This document shows positions 27,974-36,352 of a stretch of DNA of 64,000 bases, in pieces. Made by a program: the position numbers and the translations under genes. The stretch's first letter is position 1. Each line of letters starts with the position of its first letter. The DNA comes from Bacteroidota bacterium (lineage in GTDB: Bacteria; Bacteroidota; Bacteroidia; NS11-12g; UBA955). Below the pieces are notes generated by a model, which did no database searches, had not been told where the DNA came from, and saw only the letters and a program-made list of their open reading frames with translations. The stretch covers positions 105,366 to 169,365 of the forward strand of contig CAUJCT010000019.1 of assembly GCA_963169345.1 (NCBI GenBank), given 5' to 3'.

Positions 27974-30370
27974 ATGCGCATACTCTTTACATTTGCATGT
28001 CTCATTTATGGAAACATAACCTATACACAGGAAATCTTATACTCATTTGACAGTTGCAAGAATGATTTCGGAGCAAATTCATCAAGTTTTGAATATAATT
28101 TCTCAGGTTGTCAGAACAAAAATAGTCAATCTTCATCAGGTAAGACTAGACTAGATCTTAGGTCATTCACCGACAGCCTTAAACTGAAAAATTCGGTTAA
28201 AACAAGCACTGATAATAGCAATGACTATGGAAACAGGATTTTTAACTTTCCGAGACTCACTTACGATTGGTTGAAAAATGAACTTCCCAAGGGCAATGAT
28301 CTTCTAAAGTTTTCTATGAACATGCGCTCAGAAAACTTTGGTACCACATCTCAAAATCCAATGATTAGAAGTGAGCTTATGTACAGTAGATTGTATTTGA
28401 GCCCTACTTTCACTGTTTTGGGACTTCCCTTTACTTCTAATCTGTTTTTTACCACCGAAGCCAACAATACCTATAAAAATAATTTCTTTTCATTCAGGTT
28501 GGATGTGAATGCTTTGAGAAGAATAGCTCAGGAAAGACTCAGAAAGGAAGTTGAGCAAGCAAAAAAGCTGGATAGGTCTAGGCAGCTAGAACTCAATAAG
28601 CAGGCACTTGAAACCAAAAAATACCAGCAGGAGCTTGATAAGGTGGAGTCGGAAATGAATGAATACAAGCAGTGGAATTCGCAGATTCAGAATCAAGCTC
28701 AATTAAAGTCCAAGGCGTATTTGGATAAAGAAAGAGCCCAACTCGAAGAGCAACTTAAAACAGCTTCAGACGAGCAGAAAGAGCAGATGATAGCAGCGTA
28801 CAATCAAAAATCTGATTCGGTACAAAATGCTCTGAGGTCTCAACTTGAAGACTCTGCGGCAAAGTTAAAAGGCACCATGCCCAATTTGGATACATCCAAA
28901 CTCAACAGAATAAACAGGCTCAAAACAAAGATGGAACAACTCAATCAGAGGGCTAAAGAAATTGAGAGTTTAAGACAAAAGGACACATTGGGACTGTCGG
29001 AAAAAGCAGAAGGGTTGCGACATCCTGAGAAATTGAAATCCATGACCCAAGGTCAGTTACCCGGAAAAGGACTAATGAACCGGTTCTTGTCGGTAGACAG
29101 ACTCGGGGTAGGTTTAATTGCACCTATGTATTCAGAGTTCACTTTGAGTGCTGCATCTGTTAAAGGTTTGGACATAGGTGTTTCAAAAACCAATTGGTAT
29201 TACGATATCAGTCTGGGAAGAATGACCAAACAGTTTACCGGCCCATTTTCATCTGTTCAACCTGAATATGACCGAAACATGGCTATAGCCAGAATTGGAC
29301 TTGGAGAAAGAAACAATGCGCATTTAGCTGTAGAATATTTCAGTGCCTTTGACACAAAAGTGACAGACAGCATGTCTCCAATGGTAAACAATGGGGTACT
29401 TGCATTGGAATTTAAATATGTTTTCTTAAAGCATTTAACAGTAGATGGTGATTTGGCTCAAAGTAATTACAAAGAAAAATTCAACAGTCTAAATATTTCT
29501 TCGTCTTCTAATTCAAGCAATTCGATATTCAATATCAGAGACAGCAGAGCATACCGGTTAAAGGCTACACAAGAGGCTGGCAAAAACACAAAGCTGCAGG
29601 TTGAAGCCAGGCAAGTAGGAGCAGCCTTCAGGTCATTGGGTAACCCCTTTTTAAGAAGAAATTTTAGAGAAATCGATGCCAGACTGGAACAAAGTTTCTA
29701 TAAAAAGCAGATACTCTTGCAAGCCAATTACAAAGAGATGCGAGATAATGTTCTGGAATTGAATCAGGCCACCAACAGACTGAAAGGTTGGGGTATCAAA
29801 CTACAAACCGCATTTGAAAAATGGCCTAACCTGACTTTAAGTCACAGCCCATACCAGCAAGGCAATAACCATCCGGATAGCTTATACAGAACCAACAATC
29901 AGTTTTCTATTTCCATGGCAATGCTCACCTACAAAAAGCGATTCAAGGGTCTTAACTGGAATATGATGGCTTGTGCCACCAGGTCAGCCATGGAGATATA
30001 CGGCAGAGGTCCTGTTGACTATAGAATGCTGACGATAACCAATATGGTTCAATTAGGCTTAAGACACAACATCATGTTGAATTACATGTCCAACACAACA
30101 CTGCCTGGAGTAGATTCATTGAACTCAAATTCCATACAATTCAATTATATTTACCTGGCTAAAAAAGGATTTACTATTGGCACAATAGGAGAACATACAA
30201 TTTACAAAAATCAGGCATTCAGATCAGGGGGCGGATTAACAGCGAGTGCCAATTTAATTAAGAATCTTTCATTGTCGGCTCTAGTTCGCTACGATAAAAT
30301 TGATGGATTATGGCGATTAGAGAATCAGGATGTTTGGACCGGAAGGCTTGTGCTTTTATGGAGTTGGTGA
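27974..30370 (+). CDS. outer-membrane beta-barrel-like protein with long Q/E/K-rich coiled-coil insert
   Basis: 798 aa with signal peptide, ~160-aa coiled-coil segment (residues ~180-340) and C-terminal aromatic-terminated strand (…LVLLWSW). Confidence 0.5.
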   Translation: MRILFTFACLIYGNITYTQEILYSFDSCKNDFGANSSSFEYNFSGCQNKNSQSSSGKTRLDLRSFTDSLKLKNSVKTSTDNSNDYGNRIFNFPRLTYDWLKNELPKGNDLLKFSMNMRSENFGTTSQNPMIRSELMYSRLYLSPTFTVLGLPFTSNLFFTTEANNTYKNNFFSFRLDVNALRRIAQERLRKEVEQAKKLDRSRQLELNKQALETKKYQQELDKVESEMNEYKQWNSQIQNQAQLKSKAYLDKERAQLEEQLKTASDEQKEQMIAAYNQKSDSVQNALRSQLEDSAAKLKGTMPNLDTSKLNRINRLKTKMEQLNQRAKEIESLRQKDTLGLSEKAEGLRHPEKLKSMTQGQLPGKGLMNRFLSVDRLGVGLIAPMYSEFTLSAASVKGLDIGVSKTNWYYDISLGRMTKQFTGPFSSVQPEYDRNMAIARIGLGERNNAHLAVEYFSAFDTKVTDSMSPMVNNGVLALEFKYVFLKHLTVDGDLAQSNYKEKFNSLNISSSSNSSNSIFNIRDSRAYRLKATQEAGKNTKLQVEARQVGAAFRSLGNPFLRRNFREIDARLEQSFYKKQILLQANYKEMRDNVLELNQATNRLKGWGIKLQTAFEKWPNLTLSHSPYQQGNNHPDSLYRTNNQFSISMAMLTYKKRFKGLNWNMMACATRSAMEIYGRGPVDYRMLTITNMVQLGLRHNIMLNYMSNTTLPGVDSLNSNSIQFNYIYLAKKGFTIGTIGEHTIYKNQAFRSGGGLTASANLIKNLSLSALVRYDKIDGLWRLENQDVWTGRLVLLWSW

Positions 30371-30449
30371 AATAAGAAGTTTAACTATGCTCTAATACTT
30401 AGAAAATAATAAAAACAAAATCTATCAAATTAACAAAACATTCAATTTT

Positions 30450-32153
30450 ATGAAATCAAAAATTAAAACCTTAACTATTTGCGTTTGTGCTTTTTTTACA
30501 TTGAATTCGAACGCACAGAAATGGACCAGAACACTAACCACATCAAATCCGGAGAATGAAGTTGGGATACTAAAGACAAACGATGGCTCAGGATCGTTGA
30601 TCAATGTGTGCAATGTAACTGTAAACGGCCAGAGTGACTTCGTGATCTCAAAGCTAAACAGCGATGGCACAATCAATTGGTCTTACACTTATACGATGAG
30701 TAATGCAAGTGAAGTTATCAATAGTTTTATCCTGGACAGGAACAACGACATAGTCCTTGTCGGATCCACAAATTCTTCTGGGGTTCAAAAAGGGTTGGTG
30801 TTGAAAGTGGATCACACGAATGGTAACATCTTGTTTTCATATAGGACTCAATCAAGTGGTAATAGTGCATATATAAGAAAAGTCATCCAAATGAACTCTG
30901 GTTATTCAGATGATTATGTGATATTGGGAACTGTGAACTATCCTGTAACCAATCTTGTAGCAAGAATAGATGGAAATAATGGCGCAACTATATGGGCGCA
31001 CAATCATAATGTAGTATTGGGGAATACAGATCTTTGGTATACTTTAAATCAAGTCAATAATAATGATATTGTCATTGGAGGGGGCCTGTACAATGGATCA
31101 AATAACGATCATGCTGTCATACATTTGAATCCGTCGAATGGCGGAAGAATTATTATTAAGAGATGGAATATCACGAATGGAACAGCTGCAAATGGCGGAT
31201 TTGATGATGCAGTTGTAATACCGGGGACAGATACTTTGGTCTTAGCATTTGTCCAAAATGGTGGCGGAGCTGCTACAAAGCATGGTTTCGCTATATATGA
31301 TGCTGGAGCTAAGAATCTTGTTTCAGCGAATATCAATTATTTGGGAAGTACAAACACAAGGGCGTTGCGAATAGATTTCAATTCTGACAAACGCGAGCTT
31401 ATGATTGGTGGAGTTTCAGGTGCAACATATAATGATCATTTCATCCAACTGGTTGATATTGATAGCAAGTTGATAAAGTCTTCAGGTAAGTTCGATGGAA
31501 CTATTAACCGTTCAGCATTCAAATTGGCTAATACTTGGGTGAGTTATATTTCTACAAACCAATTCGTGCTAGGTAATACGGTAATCCCGCTAGGCACGTA
31601 TCCGAACGGAAATGAAGTCGTCATATCAATGGTAGGCGGCCCTTTTGTGAGCTGTTACGATAGCATTGATATCTCTAATGACACGTTAGTGATACCAAAT
31701 TCATTCACGACCACCATGGATTCGACGAACCAGACTATAGATTCCGTTAGCTTTAGCAGGGACACCTTTCAGTTTAATGATACATTGCGATGCTATTCCG
31801 ATCAGGATTTAATAAGAAGAGCCCGTTCAAACCAGTACTTGTCCGGAGAGTACGAAAACACGGTCTTCCCATTCCCATTAACAGGCTTACTTAAAGAGGA
31901 GATGCTGACTTTTGAGGTCTATCCGAATCCAAGCAATGGCGCACAAAGCTTGATCTTGGATATTAATAATCTGCTAAATCTTGAAACTATTGTGACAATT
32001 TATGATGCTCAAGGAAACATGGTGTATACCAGCACTATTCCAGGAGATTCATTGAATGTTGATGTCGACGTCAGCATATTAGAAAAAGGTCTATATATTA
32101 TTAAATTAAGCAATTCTCAAAACTCGAGTTATTCGAAAATTCAAATAAATTAG
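30450..32153 (+). CDS. secreted beta-rich protein with T9SS (Por) C-terminal sorting domain
   Basis: Signal peptide. C-terminal FEVYPNPSNGAQSLILD…GLYIIKLSNSQNSSYSKIQIN matches T9SS type-A CTD. Confidence 0.7.
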   Translation: MKSKIKTLTICVCAFFTLNSNAQKWTRTLTTSNPENEVGILKTNDGSGSLINVCNVTVNGQSDFVISKLNSDGTINWSYTYTMSNASEVINSFILDRNNDIVLVGSTNSSGVQKGLVLKVDHTNGNILFSYRTQSSGNSAYIRKVIQMNSGYSDDYVILGTVNYPVTNLVARIDGNNGATIWAHNHNVVLGNTDLWYTLNQVNNNDIVIGGGLYNGSNNDHAVIHLNPSNGGRIIIKRWNITNGTAANGGFDDAVVIPGTDTLVLAFVQNGGGAATKHGFAIYDAGAKNLVSANINYLGSTNTRALRIDFNSDKRELMIGGVSGATYNDHFIQLVDIDSKLIKSSGKFDGTINRSAFKLANTWVSYISTNQFVLGNTVIPLGTYPNGNEVVISMVGGPFVSCYDSIDISNDTLVIPNSFTTTMDSTNQTIDSVSFSRDTFQFNDTLRCYSDQDLIRRARSNQYLSGEYENTVFPFPLTGLLKEEMLTFEVYPNPSNGAQSLILDINNLLNLETIVTIYDAQGNMVYTSTIPGDSLNVDVDVSILEKGLYIIKLSNSQNSSYSKIQIN

Positions 32154-32159
32154 CAAATA

Positions 32160-32190
32160 AAAAGGTCTCAGAAATGAGGCCTTTTTTATT
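32160..32190 (+). terminator. Rho-independent terminator-like hairpin
   Basis: AGGTCTCAgaaaTGAGGCCT imperfect inverted repeat followed by TTTTTT just after the stop at 32153. Confidence 0.5.
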
Positions 32191-32516
32191 CCATACTACT
32201 AAAATTTTAATTGAATAGTGTTTTTCGAATTAATTTAAGAGCAAATTGTTTGAATTTATCATAAAAATGCCTTTACTTTGAGTCAACTATAAATATACTA
32301 AAGCTCAATCTCTTGTTTACAAAGATTTAAATTTAAGGAAATATATCTAAAGACAGATAACATATTTTTAGATGGAAATATATTTATTAGAGATATTTAG
32401 ATTTTTTTAGATCAAAACAATTTACTTAAACATAAAACAAACAATATCATTAACTATAAAAAAGATTAGGCAATAATATGGTTGGTTAACCTAATTGCAT
32501 TTTTACGGAATACAAA

Positions 32517-32948
32517 TCAATAGTTCGATTTTATTATTTTTATTAGTAAGAGGGTGAAAAAGAAACTTGAAAAAAAGCACCAAGTCAAAATGAAAATTAA
32601 AAGGTGTTGCTTATAGTAACCATAATCGGTTAAAAATGGATAAACCAATGTATAAAGAATTGTTATAAACTGTAGCTTTATTGACATAGTAATATAGCTT
32701 AATAATGCAGGAAAATTACCGCTTTCACGAATAAATTTCATTGGTCTAGTGGTCATTGACTGAATCATTGTTAAAATTGTGATGAAAAAGCCTATAAGTG
32801 AGATGAATACCTTGCTTAATTCGCTCAATTTGTCGCAGGACTCTTTGAACATATAAATTCTTTTCTCAAAAACTATTGTACATAAGGTTAGTAAGACGGA
32901 TATAACCAAAGCCCTATATTTCTCCCATATTTTAGCACTTTTACTCAT
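32517..32948 (-). CDS. small membrane protein (3-4 TM), third gene of an unknown 3-gene cassette
   Basis: 143-aa hydrophobic ORF. ATGA overlap with the upstream 192-aa gene. Confidence 0.5.
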   Translation of the reverse strand: MSKSAKIWEKYRALVISVLLTLCTIVFEKRIYMFKESCDKLSELSKVFISLIGFFITILTMIQSMTTRPMKFIRESGNFPALLSYITMSIKLQFITILYTLVYPFLTDYGYYKQHLLIFILTWCFFSSFFFTLLLIKIIKSNY

Positions 32949-33523
32949 TCATTAACTCTTTTATCATAAGTGGCTAATAAATCTTCTCTTTCAAACAAAA
33001 ACATTTTTTCAATTTCGAACATTCTTGCTTTAATAGCAATTTCATTAATGTGTCTTGTATATTCTACATATATCTTTCTTCTCATTACTTCACTAACTAA
33101 ATCAAATGGTTTAAAGTAGTTTCCGTCTTCATCTTGTCCATAGACTTCCATTTTTCCAACCTGTTTCATACCATCTGAATTAAACCGCTTAAACAAATCA
33201 ACTAGACTTCTAAATTTCGGTAGATTCAAATGATTCCCCTTTCCAACGCTTTTATATTCTATTGTAAGTTGATCTGCATTTGTATCCTTACTTGCATCTA
33301 CTATTTGAGAAACACTTTTTTCTTGAGAAGCAAAAATATTGCCATTTGTTACTCTTGCTATTGAGATTTTAAAAGACCTTAGAGTCCTTAATGATTTATA
33401 GTTTTTGAGAATTTTGGGGTCATAAACATTGAGAAATTTAATTTTTTCTTGCAAATTATGACAACGCTTAAAATATTCATAAAACTTTTCTCTAGTAACC
33501 CCATTTTGAATTCTTTCGATCAT
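32945..33523 (-). CDS. hypothetical soluble protein, middle gene of the cassette
   Basis: 192-aa ORF with no family I can assign. Translationally coupled to the downstream membrane protein. Confidence 0.5.
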   Translation of the reverse strand: MIERIQNGVTREKFYEYFKRCHNLQEKIKFLNVYDPKILKNYKSLRTLRSFKISIARVTNGNIFASQEKSVSQIVDASKDTNADQLTIEYKSVGKGNHLNLPKFRSLVDLFKRFNSDGMKQVGKMEVYGQDEDGNYFKPFDLVSEVMRRKIYVEYTRHINEIAIKARMFEIEKMFLFEREDLLATYDKRVNE

Positions 33524-33553
33524 AAGTATTTGCGAATATTCATCATATATGAA

Positions 33554-33907
33554 TTAAGTTGCAAATCCTAAAGATTCTTCATTTGTTAAAGGTAGTTCTT
33601 TGGCTTCCTTTCTAGAAGCATTACTAGCAAGCGGCAAGTTATAATATTTACTATTAATGAATGTGCCTTTGAAATAACCATTTGATGAATACTCTATTTC
33701 ACCCACCTTATAAGTTTGAGGTATCGGAGCAGAATAATCGCCTTGGTTGTTTAATTCTGCCAAAAATAAGTCTTTTAGCTTTTGATTTTCGTTGCTGATT
33801 TTTTTTGAAAATTTCAGCTCATAGAAATCTATTGTGATTTCTTTTGTATTAGCCATTTTCAAATAAATGAAAAAATAGTTAAACAGCAAAATTATTGTAT
33901 AAAACAA
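33554..33907 (-). CDS. small hypothetical protein, first gene of the cassette (true start probably the internal Met at ~33856, MANTKEITIDF…)
   Basis: ORF 117 aa. A hydrophobic N-terminal extension in AT-rich DNA makes the later Met more plausible. Confidence 0.45.
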   Translation of the reverse strand: MFYTIILLFNYFFIYLKMANTKEITIDFYELKFSKKISNENQKLKDLFLAELNNQGDYSAPIPQTYKVGEIEYSSNGYFKGTFINSKYYNLPLASNASRKEAKELPLTNEESLGFAT

Positions 33908-34171
33908 TCATAAATGACTTACAATTAGCTTCATTCTGAGTGTAAACATATTAAATATAGCTGGTTAGACTCAAGTCAAAGTTTTATGTATTTGTAAACA
34001 TAAATTAAATGCCTATAAGAAGAATATAAGAAATACTGTATTTGAAATATTGTTGCTGCTATAAATTACCACATTGACAAAGCACATAACGAAACGTATG
34101 ATGGTACGCTTGACACTGGCGTGGCTGTTGTCCTTTACGTTATGTAGGCTGTGGTAAGCCTTGAGCAGTAA

Positions 34172-34609
34172 TTGATATACAGTTACGCCTTTTTTAATGC
34201 TCAAAATTACCACTATATGAACCCATACTTTACACCACGTCCACCGAAAAGCCTTGGTGCTTCCATTGCTCTTACACTTTTATTTGGTCCATTTGGATTA
34301 TTCTATGCCTCCATTATTGGAGGATTAGTAATGTCATTCCTTGTTCCAATATGTTTAATTGGGATAAGTATCATTTCAGCACAATACAACACAATTGATC
34401 CATACGACTTCCTTATGATTTTATTCAGTTCTTGGATTATCGTTCTAATAATATACTGGCCAATATGCATTGTTTGTGGAGTAGTTGCAGTAGGTAAGTA
34501 TAGCAAGAAAGTGTACTCAGAAGCATCAACTCAAATGTTGTTTGGAAATAATGTCAATAGTCATTCTCAGACAACATCTGTTTCAAACGCTTCTCTCCTT
34601 CAGCAATGA
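34172..34609 (+). CDS. membrane protein, hypothetical
   Basis: 145 aa with 3 hydrophobic segments. Confidence 0.45.
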   Translation: MIYSYAFFNAQNYHYMNPYFTPRPPKSLGASIALTLLFGPFGLFYASIIGGLVMSFLVPICLIGISIISAQYNTIDPYDFLMILFSSWIIVLIIYWPICIVCGVVAVGKYSKKVYSEASTQMLFGNNVNSHSQTTSVSNASLLQQ

Positions 34610-34712
34610 CTGAAAGATAATCCTGGCAAGAATTTGAACGATTACTACAAGAAATCAAAGTAGAATATGGAAGCCGAACATTGATGCATTGGGTCATTAT
34701 CTGATAGAACCT

Positions 34713-35573
34713 CTACAATGGTTCACAATTTCTTAGGTTGTATCGAAATTGAAACTCGTGGCAGTATCTAATCAGATGATGTTTTGAAACCCAATGATAG
34801 ACACCTGTTATACCTCGTTTTAGATGACTCCAAAAACCTTCAATGGTTTTTGTGTGAATTTCAGGATTATCAAAATCAACATACTCTTTAGCCCCATTAT
34901 TGATTACATAATGTTCTCTTCCCTTTCGACTGACTCTTCTGTATCCCATGTGGTCATCAGTCATTACTACCGTTCCATCATTAGTATAACTCTTGGCAAA
35001 TGAAGAAAGCCCTTTAACTCTTTTTACTACTACAACCCTTACATTTCCTCCTCTTTCAACAAATCCAACTACTGGGGTCTTGTTTTCACTAACTAGACCA
35101 CGTTTGCTTCTAACATATCTTTTATTCTTCATCTTTCCACCAACATAGGTCTCGTCTACCTCCACAGTTCCACAAAGTTTTTTCTTGAATTCAGGGTTGT
35201 TGAACATAGCTTTCCTGATTCTATGCAACATAAACCAAGCTGTTGGCTGGGTTACATTAATTTCTCGAGCAAGACCATAGAAAGAAATACCTTTCTTTGA
35301 ATTGATAAAGGTTATTATGGCTCTTAGCTATTTTTGTATTGGAATGTGTGAGTTCTCGAATATTGTTCCCTTTAAAACGCTAAACTGCTTTTTACAGACA
35401 CTACACTTGTATCTATTTACAGTCTTTAAGTACCAGAATTTCTCATAACAGCCACAATGAGGACAGTCTTGATGAGTGTTCCAATGGATTTGACCTAGCT
35501 GTTCGGTACATTGTTCTTCAGATAAATTCGAAATCTCATAGAGATTTTTAAAATGAAATGTTGAGTTAATCAT
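34713..35573 (-). pseudogene. IS1595-family transposase interrupted by a single in-frame TAG (at 35328-35330), an IS remnant
   Basis: N-terminal zinc-ribbon part (CPHCGCYEKFWYLKTVNRYKCSVCKKQFSVLKGTIFENSHIPIQK), TAG, then the same frame continues LRAIITFINSKKGISFYGLAREINVTQPTAWFMLHRIRKAMF… through the DDE domain (TIEGFWSHLKRGITGVYHWVSKHHLIRYCHEFQFRYN). The TAG sits where family members have Trp (KW). Confidence 0.75.
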
Positions 35574-35885
35574 AATTGGTATGGATTATATTTACAATGC
35601 CTAATATTCAATCAATTATTTGATTTATAAAGTTTTACATCAAATATTTTTGAGAAATATTTCTTCTTTCTAAAATCAAAGTTATTACTTCTGTAAAGTA
35701 AGTTTTTCAATGGTATGGATTAGTTGCTTTACGTTTGAGAGAGGCGTTAACGCACCCCTTTCTTTATATAACTTCCCTAACAATATAAAACATCCAACTT
35801 GGTGATTAAGTTGTTAACATTTTTTTTGCAAGACTTGAAAATTGTTTTTTATTTCTTTCTATCTTCGCATCAGTACTCAACGTTG

Positions 35886-36078
35886 ACTCTTTATGACAAG
35901 ATACGCTTGTAAAGAGAACTGAGCCGCCCGACGGGGCACTCCGATGTTGCAAATTATTTCATAAGGTGAGGTCAGCAGTACCGATGGGAAAATTTTCTCT
36001 CACCTGTGTCGACAAAATTAAGTCCTCCATTTGTAAAGGAGGGCCAGAAAGGAAACCCTAGCTAGGTTTCCTTTTTTG
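35886..36078 (+). other. candidate structured non-coding RNA or riboswitch-like leader ending in an intrinsic terminator (36052-36078)
   Basis: Relatively GC-rich and ORF-free. Successive hairpins: CTCTTTA…TAAAGAG, GCCGCCCgacGGGGC, GGTGAG…CTCACC, CCTCCatttgtaaaGGAGG. Terminal GGAAACCctagctaGGTTTCC is followed by TTTTTT, 25 nt before the next ATG. Confidence 0.4.
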
Positions 36079-36107
36079 TTTTTCAAATATTATCGTAGTT
36101 TTGTTAT

Positions 36108-36311
36108 ATGAGTCAAAAATTTAAAACTGGTGACATTGTTCGTTTAAAGTCAGGTGGTCCCAAAATGACAGTTGCTAACACTAAAACGAGCCGAGATATA
36201 CATAATCCAATTATAAATGTATATTGTGCATATTGGGATGAAAACGACCAAACTTTTCGAAACACTGTCTTTATAGAACATATGATAGAACTGGTTCCTG
36301 AAAAAGATTGA
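36108..36311 (+). CDS. DUF2158 (YodC-like) small protein
   Basis: 67 aa. FKTGDIVRLKSGGPKMTV…C.YW motif pattern is typical of this family. Confidence 0.65.
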   Translation: MSQKFKTGDIVRLKSGGPKMTVANTKTSRDIHNPIINVYCAYWDENDQTFRNTVFIEHMIELVPEKD

Positions 36312-36352
36312 TTATTGATATTAAATTTAATCAAGGTTAACCATCCATATTA

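Noticed and set aside
35886-36078. Assignment of the structured element to a named riboswitch class (c-di-GMP-II, ZTP, Mn2+)
   Set aside because: Short stretches (for example GTACCGATGGGAAAA) loosely recall some class consensus fragments, but I could not reproduce the full conserved cores in the correct order, so no class is claimed.
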